A DNA stretch of 64,000 bases from Fistulifera solaris. Its lineage: Eukaryota. This document shows positions 11,811 to 24,777 of the stretch, piece after piece (within the stretch, counting starts at the first letter, position 1; every line of letters begins with the position of its first letter). The stretch spans positions 62,001 to 126,000 of the forward strand of contig AP026145.1 of assembly GCA_030295235.1 (NCBI GenBank), in the 5' to 3' direction. The notes beneath the pieces were generated by a model that ran no database searches, was not told the origin of the DNA, and saw nothing but the letters and a program-made list of their open reading frames with translations. The translations under genes and the position numbers were made by a program.

Positions 11811-12355
11811 ACAGAAACTGTTGGTGAAGCAACGTTGCATTTGGCGGCTCCGGAACGCTATCTGGAAGCAACCTTTAGACGACAAAAACTGACAATCATT
11901 GTAGCCCAACTAGTGATGTGCTGTTATCCCATGAGCGGGTTGATGCAGTTTATAGGCAGAAGCGCGTTGCATCCTTAAAGACTTAAAAGGGGCTGAACAT
12001 TTACCATTGAAGTCGACTTTCGCAAGCGAGTCCATTGTTTATTTTGTGAACTGGAAGGTCACTTTCGTAGACTGTTTTGGTCTCTATAAGCACGATAAAG
12101 CGAGGGATGGGATAATATATACTAGGCTTTCTTACCCTCCATGATTCGTTAAACGCACTAGCTCGAAGTTGTCGAAAAAGTGAGCGACGAGGTAGGCAGT
12201 AGCCGCTACACTTTACGCCATAGACGGTCGCAGTACGTACGGAACGATCTGCTGATGAAATAATCAGTTGCGTGACAATGGCGAGGGGAGGAGATCATCA
12301 TTTACATTTGCTCTTTCTCAAACATCCATTCGTCAGTTCGAGTCTTTTTCAAATT

Positions 12356-13326
12356 ATGCATCGTACTTTCCTAGTTCTCTTGTCTTTTCTTTTCTGTTGC
12401 GCTTTTTCATGGTCGTTGGTGCCTTTTGTATATCAACAGCACCGGCGACAAGCGATTCAAAGCCTCATCACTCATACGGCTAAACAAACCGAACAAGACG
12501 AGGAAACCGCAGCAATTAACAATAACGACTTTAATAAAGGCCCACTGGCTTTCTTACTTAATCCTTACGAATCGAAAATACCCAAAGAAATTGAAAAAGA
12601 CATTTACGCCGCCGAAGCCAAGACACCGGCCGCACAAGATCGTCAAAAACGGATCGCCGGATACATTGTCATTTGCTTTCTCGGAGTCCTCGGCGCCTTT
12701 TTCAATGCATTCTTATCAGAATTGAGGATGGATGTTACTTTGGAAGAGGCGGGCTTTGGTTGGGTCGAGCAATCGAATGTACTGATTCGATTCTTTTCCT
12801 GAACAAGATTGGTGGGGGTCTTCTCTTGTTGGGCGGTGCCGGAGCGGGTTTGTTAGCTGAAGCCGAATATGATACACGACGACTGCAAGCGGAACGGATC
12901 TTCGAAGAACTGCAGCGACGAAGGGCACAAACGAACAAAAGTGGGCCTTCTTCGACGAAAAAGAAAAAACGTCGCGAGAATAAGCGATTGAATGCCCTGG
13001 CGGAAATTGTTGAGCCTGTGAGCACGAATATTGAGTTGTCACCGAGGGATTCTTTGCCTTCGCCTACAGCGACCGATTCTCAGCAACAGCTACAAGTGAA
13101 CGAGAATAGCGCATCGCAAGAGTCTAAAAAGAAAGATGGCTTGTTGGGGACGATTCAAAACTTTTATGAGCGAGCAGACAGTATGGCTGCTACACAAGCA
13201 CTGCTACTCAACAAGAAATTAGAAGACGAAGGATTGATTGAAAAGATCACTGATGAAAGCGGCTTAAAAGTAATTGGGAGAGATGCTGCCCAAAGACTAC
13301 AGAAAAAGGGAGACAAAGAGAATTAA
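12356..13326 (+). CDS. hypothetical membrane protein with signal peptide (possibly plastid-targeted); apparent frameshift at ~12795
   Basis: MHRTFLVLLSFLFCCAF signal-like start, two hydrophobic segments, charged C-terminus. ORFs 12272-12802 and 12673-13326 join across a T-run (..RFF/FLNKIGGG). Confidence 0.6.
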
Positions 13327-15509
13327 GGAACAGTAATGAGGATAACGAGATAATGAAACAAAATATGGGACGGAACGCTTGATATCTTCAGCGCCTTCTT
13401 AATCGGCCAAAGCGTCATCTTGATTCTCTTCTTTTACTTCTTTAACAACTAAGGAAAGCCCAGTAACTGACCCACGACGAATTCTCTTCACGCACGCGAC
13501 CCGGAGCTATTTTGACAATATTTCTCCCTCTCCGCAATGTCGTTCGCATGTTCCCTTCATCTTCAAAACACGCCTCATACGGAGAAGGACAATAATCATT
13601 ACAATAACGACAAAGGGATGCGAAACTTGCAATAACAACGAGTACATGTACGACGACATCACAACGGAAACGCGAAAGAAAAGGCATACCTGGCGATTCC
13701 TGACGACTGCGACAAAACCATCGCTTTAGAATTCAGTGTACACTTAAAAACAACTGCAAGAAAAACGAAAGAGGCGACAATAATGATACATTCGGATCAC
13801 CTTTTGCGCTTTTCCTTTCAAACAAGAGGAAACGAAGTTGTAAAACAAAGAGGCCTGTATATTTTGGGCATATACATACAAGACTAAATTAACAGATTAT
13901 GCTATACTATCCTCGTCGCAAAATACATATAAAACCAAAATTATACCCGTACCTGGTTTTTCATGGTCGTTGGTGCCTTTTGTATATCAACAGCACCGGC
14001 GACAAGCGATTCAAAGCCTCATCACTCATACGGCTAAACAAACCGAACAAGACGAGGAAACCGCAGCAATTAACAATAACGACTTTAATAAAGGCCCACT
14101 GGCTTTCTTACTTAATCCTTACGAATCGAAAATACCCAAAGAAATTGAAAAGACATTTACGCCGCCGAAGCCAAGACACCGGCCGCACAAGATCGTCAAA
14201 AACGGATCGCCGGATACATTGTCATTTGCTTTCTCGGAGTCCTCGGCGCCTTTTTCAATGCATTCTTATCAGAATTGAGGATGGATGTTACTTTGGAAGA
14301 GGCGGGCTTTGGTTGGGTCGAGCAATCGAATGTACTGATTCGATTCTTTTCCTGAACAAGATTGGTGGGGGTCTTCTCTTGTTGGGCGGTGCCGGAGCGG
14401 GTTTGTTAGCTGAAGCCGAATATGATACACGACGACTGCAAGCGGAACGGATCTTCGAAGAACTGCAGCGACGAAGGGCACAAACGAACAAAAGTGGGCC
14501 TTCTTCGACGAAAAGAAAAAACGTCGCGAGAATAAGCGATTGAATGCCCTGGCGGAAATTGTTGAGCCTGTGAGCACGAATATTGAGTTGTCACCGAGGG
14601 ATTCTTTGCCTTCGCCTACAGCGACCGATTCTCAGCAACAGCTACAAGTGAACGAGAATAGCGCATCGCAAGAGTCTAAAAAGAAAGATGGCTTGTTGGG
14701 GACGATTCAAAACTTTTATGAGCGAGCAGACAGTATGGCTGCTACACAAGCACTGCTACTCAACAAGAAATTAGAAGACGAAGGATTGATTGAAAAGATC
14801 ACTGATGAAAGCGGCTTAAAAGTAATTGGGAGAGATGCTGCCCAAAGACTACAGAAAAAGGGAGACAAAGAGAATTAAGGAACAGTAATGAGGATAACGA
14901 GATAATGAAACAAAATATGGGACGGAACGCTTGATATCTTCAGCGCCTTCTTAATCGGCCAAAGCGTCATCTTGATTCTCTTCTTTTACTTCTTTAACAA
15001 CTAAGGAAAGCCCAGTAACTGACCCACGACGAATTCTCTTCACGCACGCGACCCGGAGCTATTTTGACAATATTTCTCCCTCTCCGCAATGTCGTTCGCA
15101 TGTTCCCTTCATCTTCAAAACACGCCTCATACGGAGAAGGACAATAATCATTACAATAACGACAAAGGGATGCGAAACTTGCAATAACAACGAGTACATG
15201 TACGACGACATCACAACGGAAACGCGAAAGAAAAGGCATACCTGGCGATTCCTGACGACTGCGACAAAACCATCGCTTTAGAATTCAGTGTACACTTAAA
15301 AACAACTGCAAGAAAAAACGAAAGAGGCGACAATAATGATACATTCGGATCACCTTTTGCGCTTTTCCTTTCAAACAAGAGGAAACGAAGTTGTAAAACA
15401 AAGAGGCCTGTATATTTTGGGCATATACATACAAGACTAAATTAACAGATTATGCTATACTATCCTCGTCGCAAAATACATATAAAACCAAAATTATACC
15501 CGTACCTGG
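12403..15509. repeat. head-to-tail tandem duplication of ~1.55 kb (12403-13956 and 13957-15509)
   Basis: The only differences I spotted are A-run lengths. Junction ...CCCGTACCTGG|TTTTTCATGGTCG... at 13956/13957. Confidence 0.93.
13957..14878 (+). pseudogene. 5'-truncated duplicate of the 12356-13326 gene
   Basis: Begins inside the signal-peptide coding region, lacks the ATG, and carries extra frameshifts at A-runs (~14150, ~14512). Confidence 0.6.
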
Positions 15510-15619
15510 TATCGTATTCTCCTGCAGCAGCCCGTCGCCGCGCTTCGCTTCCGCGGTGCAGCGCGCGGTACAGTAGATTTGCCGCACTTTTTTCTCTTGA
15601 AACAAGGTCTTGCAACACA

Positions 15620-17361
15620 ATGATAAAATCTATCAAAACAAACAAAACTTTCGCGAGCTTCGTGCTCTTTACTTGCATCCTTACGTCTCCTGTCGGCCGG
15701 ATTGGCTGTTTCTTCGCTCCGGCGGAGATTCAGTTTGCTCTGGAGATTGTAAGTTTGCTGCGCAACAGCGCAAGTGTTCAGTCGCTTTCGGAGTCGGTGT
15801 GTGTTTTCTCCTGCGTCTGTTTGCTTGTTCTGTCGCTCTTGTCGGTTCTTCGCATCATTCTTGTGCCTGCTTGCGTTGCAGGGCTTGTGTTGATGCGTTT
15901 CTGCGCTCGGACCGTCGCAGAAATTGCTCTTCTGGCGCTGAAGAGTTTGTGCTCGACCATGTGGGCGTTGTTTGGTCGTCGTGCGGCTGTTTGCTTCGTT
16001 CTTTTCACGCAAGCGCTTGTACGTATCGTGAAGATGTTCTCTTGGCGAAGAACACGGAGTTTCCAGTTCGTTTGGAGGCTCCAAGTCTCACGATGTTTCG
16101 TCCTGTAGCTCCGGTACTTGGGGCTACTGGGAAACAATTTGTTTTGAAGCGAAACCACCGTGTCTTTTTTCAGGTGTCTTTCGTCTTGGTCCTCTTTCTT
16201 ATGTTGATTGGAGTTGTTGCGGCTTGTGGAGCTGCCCAATGGATCGGTGCTTCCGCAGTTGGCTTGTATTTGTTGTTGGCTGAGCTTCGTCGGTCCTCCG
16301 CAGCGACAAAGTTGACGCATCATTCCGTGCGATTGCGGAATCTCGAGGCATTTAGCTCTATTGATCTCGACCGCATTCGTCTTTTGCGTAAGTTTCGCTG
16401 TCGCTCCACGCCAAGCACACAACAATCTGCTTCAAAGCAAGAAGTCCATTCATTCGAAAATCGGGTCCGTGGTCGCCGTCGTCGAGTTCGTTTTGCACCT
16501 GGAGACCAGTTGTGTTCGTTCGTCCTTATCAAGCCGTATTACGAGATGAGCGCGGAAGAGCTGGCGAGTTGCTACGATGGCCGCTTCATGTCGAAGGAGT
16601 TCACCGACATGAAAAGCCAGGAAGTTAAGTGGGAGCGCCAGTTTGAAGTGTTTCCAAGTGACGACGAATCCGCGTTTTGCAAACACACGTACTGGAAGTT
16701 TGAAAAGCACATTCCGGCCTTTTCAGAGGAGTTGTTTTTCGTGGATGAAAAGGGAGAGAAATGCCATCCAGCTCATTGGACGGCATTTTCGATAGGTCTT
16801 CTTCCATACTTGCGAAAAAGTGCACACGTTCCTCCCGGATTTTCCTCGTGGGCTTCATACGAGCGTCATTTGTTATGGTACAATGAGTTTTACCATACAT
16901 GTATTATGTGGTATGATTATCACTTTTGTGGTGTTCCGGTCGAGCCACTGCCACAGGATGTGGAGGATACGGAAGGTGGTGCTGGCGATGCAGAGGTTGA
17001 TGATCACGCCAATGCTGAAGACAATTTTAATGCTGATGACGATGGAAGTGTTGGCTATCACGCTGACAGCTTCCCCGGTATAGAAGCGGCAGTCGAAGAT
17101 CGTGGTTGTGTTGGTAGTCGCGCTAGTGCACCGACAGCAGCAACTTTGGTGTTTGTGGACGAGGTGAAAGAGGAAGACCATGTCATTGATACCGATACAG
17201 GGGTGGAGGACACTGGAGATGAGGTTGTTGGCTTGGGTGAAGAAGTAGATGCGGTGACTGTTGTTCCGCCAACGAGAAAAGTGAAAGCATTCGGTCCTTG
17301 CAATCGCACCCGTCCGTACTTGGGGCGGCGTTGCAAGGAGAATATTCAATACACAAAGTAG
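15620..17361 (+). CDS. hypothetical hydrophobic-N-terminus protein with acidic C-terminal region; 5' structure uncertain
   Basis: Hydrophobic frame from ATG 15620 to 16108 and a long open frame to 17361 containing RRRVRFAPGD, an aromatic/His/Cys-rich middle, a D/E-rich tract and a basic tail. The join between frames is unresolved. Confidence 0.45.
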
Positions 17362-17554
17362 TTTAATCAATTTACCCTATTATTACGAAGGGCCGAAAGG
17401 TGAGAAGTGAGGACGAGAGAGCTGTCACGAGGGTGCTCGCTGAAATCCCATCTGTCTGGATCCCGACGACAGAGAATCAGACAGGGCTGTGACTAGGTAC
17501 GTCTTGTCTCGAATCCACACTTCTTCGGCCATTTTTTTTGTTTTTCTTTACATC

Positions 17555-18045
17555 ATATCAAACAATTCAATGTTCAATGTCGTTGGATTGAATTGGCCAG
17601 GTGTGGCGAGCCAACTCTCGCACGGCGATGAAGTTAGGGGCTTTTGTCTCTCGGTAAGTTTCGTCAGATGTACCGTCTGCTAGTGCGTTTTATGTGTTGA
17701 AACACTCGCAGCTCGGTGACTTGGCGCTGTGAGACCCCTTTCTTTTAGCTCCTTGTGTCAGAGCACGGCTGCGTCGAACTCTGGGATCTGCGTGACATTC
17801 TTTTATTATATCAAACAATTCAATGTTCAATGTCATTGAATTGAATTGGCCAGGTGTGGCGAGCCAACTCTCGCACGGCGATGAAGTTAGGGGCTTTTGT
17901 CTCTCGGTAAGTTTCGTCAGATGTACCGTCTGCGAGTGCGTTTTATGTGTTGAAACACTCGCAGCTCGGTGGCTTGGCGCTGTGAGACCCCTTTCTTTTA
18001 GCTCCTCGTGTCAGAGCACGGCTGCGTCGAACTCTGGGATCTGCG
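17555..18045. repeat. two tandem copies of a 253-bp unit
   Basis: ATATCAAACAATTCAATGTTCAATGTC... starts at 17555 and 17808. Both copies end ...CTGGGATCTGCG (17792, 18045) with a few substitutions. Confidence 0.9.
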
Positions 18046-18115
18046 CGGTATCTTTTTTAAAAAGTATTAGACGGGATGCTGTTAATCCAATTTGTCTTTC
18101 TACAGTAGTAATATA

Positions 18116-20160
18116 GATTCCAGAATTTCTGGAACGACCACAGACTTTCGTTGACCCAAATTACCGATATCATAATTTCTGGAACGACTACCATATCTAT
18201 CTATGTTTGCGCCAAAATATAGATTTTAGAATTTCTGGAACGACCACCGAATCAGTGTATCACCCAACATAACCAGTCCAGAATTTTTGGAAGGACCACT
18301 GAATCCATGTTTGATCCAAATTACCGATTCCAGAAATTCTGGGACGACCACAGAATCTTTGTTTGAGCCAAATTACCGATTCAAAAATTCTGGAACGACG
18401 AAAGACAGACTTTCGTATGACCCAAATTACCAGGTACCGATTCCAGAACTTCTGGATCGACCACAGAATCTCTGTATGACCCAAAGCAACCAGTCCTGAA
18501 TTTCTGGAACGACCACAAAATCTATGTTTGATCCAAATTACCGATTCCAGAATTTCTGGAAACGACCTCAGACTTTCGTATGACCCAAAACAACCAGTCC
18601 TGAATTTCTGGAACGACCACAGAATCTATGTTTGATCCAAATTACTGATTCCAGAATTTCTGGAACGACCTCAGACTTTCGTATGACCCAAAACAACCAG
18701 TCCTGAATTTCTGGAACGACCACAGAATCTATGTTTGATCCAAATTACTGATTCCAGAATTTCTGGAACGACCACAGACTTTCGTATGGCCCAAATTACC
18801 GATTCCAGAATTTCTGGAACGAGCACCAAATCTATCTATGTTTGTGCCAAAATATAGATTTTAGAGTTTCTGGAACGACCACCGAATCTCTGTACTCCGT
18901 ATCACCCAAAATAACCTAGTCCAGAATTTCTGGAACGACCTCAGACTTTCGTATGACCCAAAACAACCAGTCCTGAATTTCTGGAACGACCACAGAATCT
19001 ATGTTTGATCCAAATTACTGATTCCAGAATTTCTGGAACGACCACAGACTTTCGTATGGCCCAAATTACCGATTCCAGAATTTCTGGAACGAGCACCAAA
19101 TCTATCTATGTTTGTGCCAAAATATAGATTTTAGAGTTTCTGGAACGACCACCGAATCTCTGTACTCCGTATCACCCAAAATAACCTAGTCCAGAATTTC
19201 TGGAACGACCTCAGACTTTCGTATGACCCAAAACAACCAGTCCTGAATTTCTGGAACGACCACAGAATCTATGTTTGATCCAAATTACTGATTCCAGAAT
19301 TTCTGGAACGACCTCAGACTTTCGTATGACCCAAAACAACCAGTCCTGAATTTCTGGAACGACCACAGAATCTATGTTTGATCCAAATTACTGATTCCAG
19401 AATTTCTGGAACGACCACAGACTTTCGTATGGCCCAAATTACCGATTCCAGAATTTCTGGAACGAGCACCAAATCTATCTATGTTTGTGCCAAAATATAG
19501 ATTTTAGAGTTTCTGGAACGACCACCGAATCTCTGTACTCCGTATCACCCAAAATAACCTAGTCCAGAATTTCTGGAACGACCTCAGACTTTCGTATGAC
19601 CCAAAACAACCAGTCCTGAATTTCTGGAACGACCACAGAATCTATGTTTGATCCAAATTACTGATTCCAGAATTTCTGGAACGACCACAGACTTTCGTAT
19701 GGCCCAAATTACCGATTCCAGAATTTCTGGAACGAGCACCAAATCTATCTATGTTTGTGCCAAAATATAGATTTTAGAGTTTCTGGAACGACCACCGAAT
19801 CTCTGTACTCCGTATCACCCAAAATAACCTAGTCCAGAATTTCTGGAACGACCTCAGACTTTCGTATGACCCAAAACAACCAGTCCTGAATTTCTGGAAC
19901 GACCACAGATCTATGTTTGATCCAAATTACCTATTCCAGAATTTCTGGAACGACCACAGACTTTCGTATGACCCAAAACAACTAGTCCAGAATTTCTGGA
20001 ACGACCACAGAATCGCTGTTTGACCCAAACTACCGATTCCAGATTATATGGAACTGGAACGACCACAGAATCTTTGTTTGACCGCAAACAATTTCTAATA
20101 TGCATACAGAATCTCTGTTTACCTTATGTTGCTAGACACTGATGACTTCCATTCCAGAAT
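18116..20160. repeat. satellite array, 51-60 bp monomers with palindromic core TCCAGAATTTCTGGA, higher-order organisation
   Basis: Monomer variants A(51), B(52), C(51), D(56), E(60). Blocks start at 18568 (ABABCDE, 373 bp), 18941 (ABCDE, 270), 19211 (373) and 19584 (270). Degenerate monomers at both edges. Confidence 0.95.
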
Positions 20161-20333
20161 TCTTTCTCATGTCCTTAACCTTAACTTTTCCGCCTCTCAC
20201 GGGCGCCTGCCACAATCATTTTTTACGTTTTGTTGCTGTTATTATTGTGCCCCACAAAAGGTCGGTTTGTTTCTATAGCTAGTTTATCACATCTTTCTTC
20301 ATTTCATAATCTGTCGTCATCAATTTATATGTA

Positions 20334-22306
20334 ATGAAGATCCCTTTTCTTTGTTTTTGACTCCTTCTTTGCCGTTCTCTTCAACAACTAGTCCTTCGAG
20401 TACGAGCGGCTTCGCAACAATTACATCCTCTTCTTCGCCTCCTCTGGACAAACGCTGTTTCCGATTATCCGAACGAATTAACGGAGAACCGCGTGAAATA
20501 CGAAAAGAAGGACAAACGGGCTGGAATCACAATTTACCGAAAGAAGATTCGCCATTCTGGGGAAATTCCGAAAGTCAGAACGACAACAACGACGAGTCTT
20601 CTTCTTCCGAACCGTTGCGAACGGGTTGGTTGCACAATACCGAATCCCCTTCTGAAAAGAAGCACAACAACAAAAGCAACAATCATCAACACCGACAAAT
20701 AAAGCACGACAAACACTCGAATTGGCCATGAAGCAACAACGACGACAGCATCAAATTGTGCAACCTCCAACGTTTCATGCGACGAATGATGCGAAACTCG
20801 TCATGGTGACGGAACATGTCTTGCGTGTGCCACTGGACTATGATAATAACATTCAGAAAGATTTGATACAGGTTGCCTTTACTATTGTTGAGACGATTGC
20901 GGATGCACAGGACTATCAAATTTTACTCGAGGAATCGAATCCTGGCAAACGAGCGGACTGGTATGTACAAAATGCGGCCATGAAAGATGCCGATCAAATG
21001 CTCTTGTATTTGCAAGGAGGACCGGGCTTTGGAGCACCGATACCCGCGGTGAGTCTATCATTGAGCAGCACCGGTTCGTGGATGGGAGCGGCTTTGTCGA
21101 AATACAATCGGATTGTCTTGATGGATCAACGTGGAACGGGCAAATCATCACCCGTCACGAAACAATCCTTGGAACTTTTGTTTTCGGAGTACTTTGATGA
21201 GAAAGACAGCGCTACACAAGACAGTGCTCTTGCTCAAGTAGCCGGATACTTGACGCAATTCCGGGCAGATCAAATTGTCAAAGACGCGGAAGAAATCCGG
21301 GATGCACTGTTGTTGCCCACGGCTGATGAATCCGCACCACGGCCTTGGGGAGCTAGTTTGGGACAATCGTACGGTGGATTCTGTACCCTAACGTACTTGT
21401 CGCAAGTCACTCATCCGCCTCGAGTGTGTCTTTTGACAGGAGGTATACCGCCTGCGTTGACGGCGACCGACGAAGTTTACGCGAGTTTGTGGCAGCGTGT
21501 CCGACAGCGCAGTCTATTGTATTATGGCATGTTTCCAGGCGATGTGAAATTAGTGAAACGATTGGTGCGAGCTTTGTTAAACAAGCCGGTGCCTTTGCCC
21601 TCGGGCGGTGTATTGACGGCACGTCGATTGTTGCAGCTGGGGTTGAGTTTGGGCGGTTCACCAAATGCCTTTGCATCCATGCATGCGTTGTTGCAATCGG
21701 CTGTGTTATCGATGCCTAGCAACGAAGACGACTCGATAATTTGGAATCGGACCTTTTTGGAAACAAATGGAGGTGGAACAGAGCTTTGACGATCATCCGA
21801 TTTACTATTGGTTGCACGAATCGATTTATGCTGATGGACAGGGAGGTACGCGATGGTCCGCACATCGGCAATACGAAAAGTTGAAAGCAGAGGAACCGGA
21901 TGTTTGGGACTTTCAACAAACGTGTCGAGAGAACTCCGTCAACCCTGTCTTGTTCTTTGGCGAAATGGTTTTTCCGTGGATGTCGGAAGACTATGGCGAG
22001 CTACAAGGGGTGGGTTCTGTTGCAGAAGCATTGGCACAGAAAGAAGATTGGAAGCCGCTTTACAACATGGAACGCGTGAAGCAAGTTCTTTCGTTGACAC
22101 AGCAAACTCGTTTGGCAGCGTCTGTTTATTACGATGATATGTACGTTGATTTCAAGGCTTGTGAGGCCATGTTGCAAGGGCCGCTTTCTCGAGGAAAGGC
22201 CTGGATCACTAACGATTATCAGCATTCCGGTTTGCGTGACGATGGTGCTGCCATGTTCAACAAATTATACGGCATGGCGAAGGGGACGATTCGGACACCG
22301 AGCTAA
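20334..22306 (+). CDS. pip: proline iminopeptidase (alpha/beta hydrolase, peptidase S33) with N-terminal extension; apparent frameshifts at ~20357, ~20685, ~21765
   Basis: YLQGGPGF, DQRGTGKS, FRADQIVKDAE.IR, nucleophile GQSYGG, LHESIY, FGEMVFPWM, YYDDMYVD, ITNDYQHSGLR. ATG at 20334 begins a hydrophobic leader. Confidence 0.85.
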
Positions 22307-22508
22307 AAAAACAGCAAAATATTTTAGTTTAGTCAATGCTTTCATGTCGTGAATATGTGTCGGCGCGAGAGATGTCTGTGGTGCCGCTCAGCTGTTTGAG
22401 AAATTGAGCTTTAATGACGATCTTTCGTTCTCTCTTTATCCCCAACCAGTATTCTTGATCTAATGCCTCATATTCGTTCGGTTGTGTGCGCTGTGCCTTT
22501 CGATTTTT

Positions 22509-23929
22509 TCACTTGATGGTGTACCCTGTGAAGAGGACATACAGCAAAAGATTGACTTCATCGTCCGGAATACCTGGCATGCAGGGATGCCCATCCGGTG
22601 GCTTGGTAATCCAAGGATTATCTGCTCCGAAATAGATACCCAAATCTCGACGTTGCATTACTTTTAATGTCGGAAGCCAGTGAGCGACACTAAACTCGTA
22701 TCTTGCCGTTACTCCCTTGGGGAACGTGTTTTTCGGTTTCTTCGCGCTTACATTCCAAACGAGAGCGTCGAATTTCGACGATACGGGAACCGATGCATCA
22801 GTGCTATTACTGAGAGGGATTTGAAAGTAATCGGAATAGACTCGATTCAAAGCATTTTCGCTCAGCATTTGCGAACGAAAAACATAGTAAACTTCGGTCA
22901 CATTCTGAAAGCGAACCATAGCAATGCCATCGTCACAACCACTCATCGTCTTATCAGGAATTTGAGTCGCCGATGGATGATAAAACGAGGCAAGATCTTT
23001 TGTTGCGCACCATGGCATCCTTTCTGTTGAATAACGGAAGCGCCTCGAATCGGCTTGCCGATTTCGGAGAATTCAATAGGCTTATTGCCGCGTTTCTTCA
23101 ATGCGCTGAGCGAAATAGAGGGACCTGGGTTTTTCACCTGTAACGCCGTAATATCCTCCCGGAATCCACATACCATGGCTTCCCACATTTGTCGAACATA
23201 CGATGATCCGTGTATTGCAATACGTGTTGGCGGGTTGTCAACGGTGTCACCTTTTAGGGTGGGCCGTCGCGATAGACCTGCAGGACCGCCCAGAGCATCG
23301 ACGAGACTCCTTAACCGACACGGTTTCGTATTGTTATCATGTCCTAGATTAAAGACAAGTTCGTAATCCGAAGCCTCTGGTTTGTCGTAATCAGGTGGAT
23401 GAGCACAATTGTAACGAGCTTTCATGACAAAACAAGAGTAATGATTGTATCGCGGTTGAACGCCGGGTAAAACAGGTAGGTACGAGCCCATGTTCTTTAG
23501 ATCAATGATTCCTGTTTTCGAAAGGCACTCGGGAAAATTCGCTCGAATAAAGTCAATCGAAGATTGAGGTGTTGTGCTGCCAGTGTCGTGCGCTGCGTCT
23601 TCGTTGAATGCCCCAATGGTAAATTCCTCGTCATCCTTTACTACTTTCTTGTTCACAGCAAGGTTTTCTTTGTCTTTCACTTCTTTCCTTATTTCTCCGG
23701 TCACAATCGACACAATATTTCCGTCGGTGTACTCCTCGTCCGCTTTCAAAGATGACGTCTTTTTGAGGCCACCGTTGCTATTACTTTCGTCTTTTTGATC
23801 GACTGATTCAGCGGGCGTAAGCTGACGCCATTGCTCGATAGAGATCCGCGTCAAGCCGAGTAGAAGAAACGCAGAGAAAGCCACAATTTTCCATCGTTGC
23901 ACGTCGCAGGGGAGCGTCATTTGTACCAT
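22509..23929 (-). CDS. type II membrane TBL/PC-esterase-like (SGNH) protein, copy 1; apparent frameshift at ~23022
   Basis: N-terminal TM, stem region, Cys motif CFVMKARYNC, HGSSYVRQMWEAM.CG (cf. TBL GDS..RN) and C-terminal DGHPCMPGIPD (cf. TBL DCxHWCLPGVPD). Confidence 0.62.
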
Positions 23930-24777
23930 GTTTTTGTTTGCTCTTTCAAAATAAACGTTCAATGCGCGCGAAATCGAAGAAAAGCACGCTTTATTATCAC
24001 CGAGAAGTACTAAATGCGCTCAATGTTACCATGAAAGAAGACATAACTGTGCAAAGAAGTGAAGATTGATTGAAAGGCAATTATGGGAAGCGCGTTGACG
24101 ATGTCGCGATAATACCAGGTATATACAGCAGGGCATGATCGCATTATTTTTCAAGCGATGAAAGCGCGAGCCTTACGGCTACAGATTACCCTACAGTACC
24201 TTTTCCACCTCGTGATTAAATCCAGTCTTGGATTTGGGCTACATTGCCACTATTAGCCGACCTTCGAATCAACGTGTTCGACGTTAAACAACCTGGGAGT
24301 TTTCTCGAAAGTCACTTTCTAAGAAATGGTATTACAAAAGGACCCTGTTGAGTTGTAAAGGTAGAGCGGTCGCTTTTGTGCTGTAGTTATAACAACGTTT
24401 GCGGCGGGAACCTCCGTTTACCAATTTAATGTTTTGTGTTTGCGCCGTGTCGAACGACGCGAGTATCAGCCTCTTCAGTCTACATGTGCACAAGATTGTA
24501 TGTTGAGTTCTTCGGCTTGTTCCATTTTTGTTGCACGGTAAACAAGCATAAAAGAGGTTTGCTTTTCTTTTTCGTCTCCGCATTGCGGTACTCTTTCTCG
24601 TGATACTCTTTGGGTCCTATCGAAACGCATTCTCTGTAAGCATAATGAATAACCACACTCGACTGCTAACTCTTCAAAGCGCATTCCTGAGATTAACTGC
24701 CCTGCTGAACTTGACTAAAACGCGACTTCTGAACCATCCGTTGCTGATATATATAGCAGATCCTTTAGCTAGCCAGT

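Noticed and set aside
13442..13687. 81-aa minus-strand ORF, repeated at 14994-15239
   Set aside because: No recognisable motif; it recurs only because of the tandem duplication.
17555..18045. 253-bp direct repeats as LTRs
   Set aside because: The copies are adjacent with no internal region, and I see no TG...CA ends, PBS or polypurine tract.
18260..20105. Short ORFs within the satellite (also 8147-8404 and 37658-38030)
   Set aside because: They are translations of tandem repeats.
18116..20160. CRISPR-like appearance (palindromic constant part plus variable intervening sequence)
   Set aside because: The 'spacers' are homologous to each other and recur in fixed order, there are no cas genes, and the context is eukaryotic; this is a satellite.
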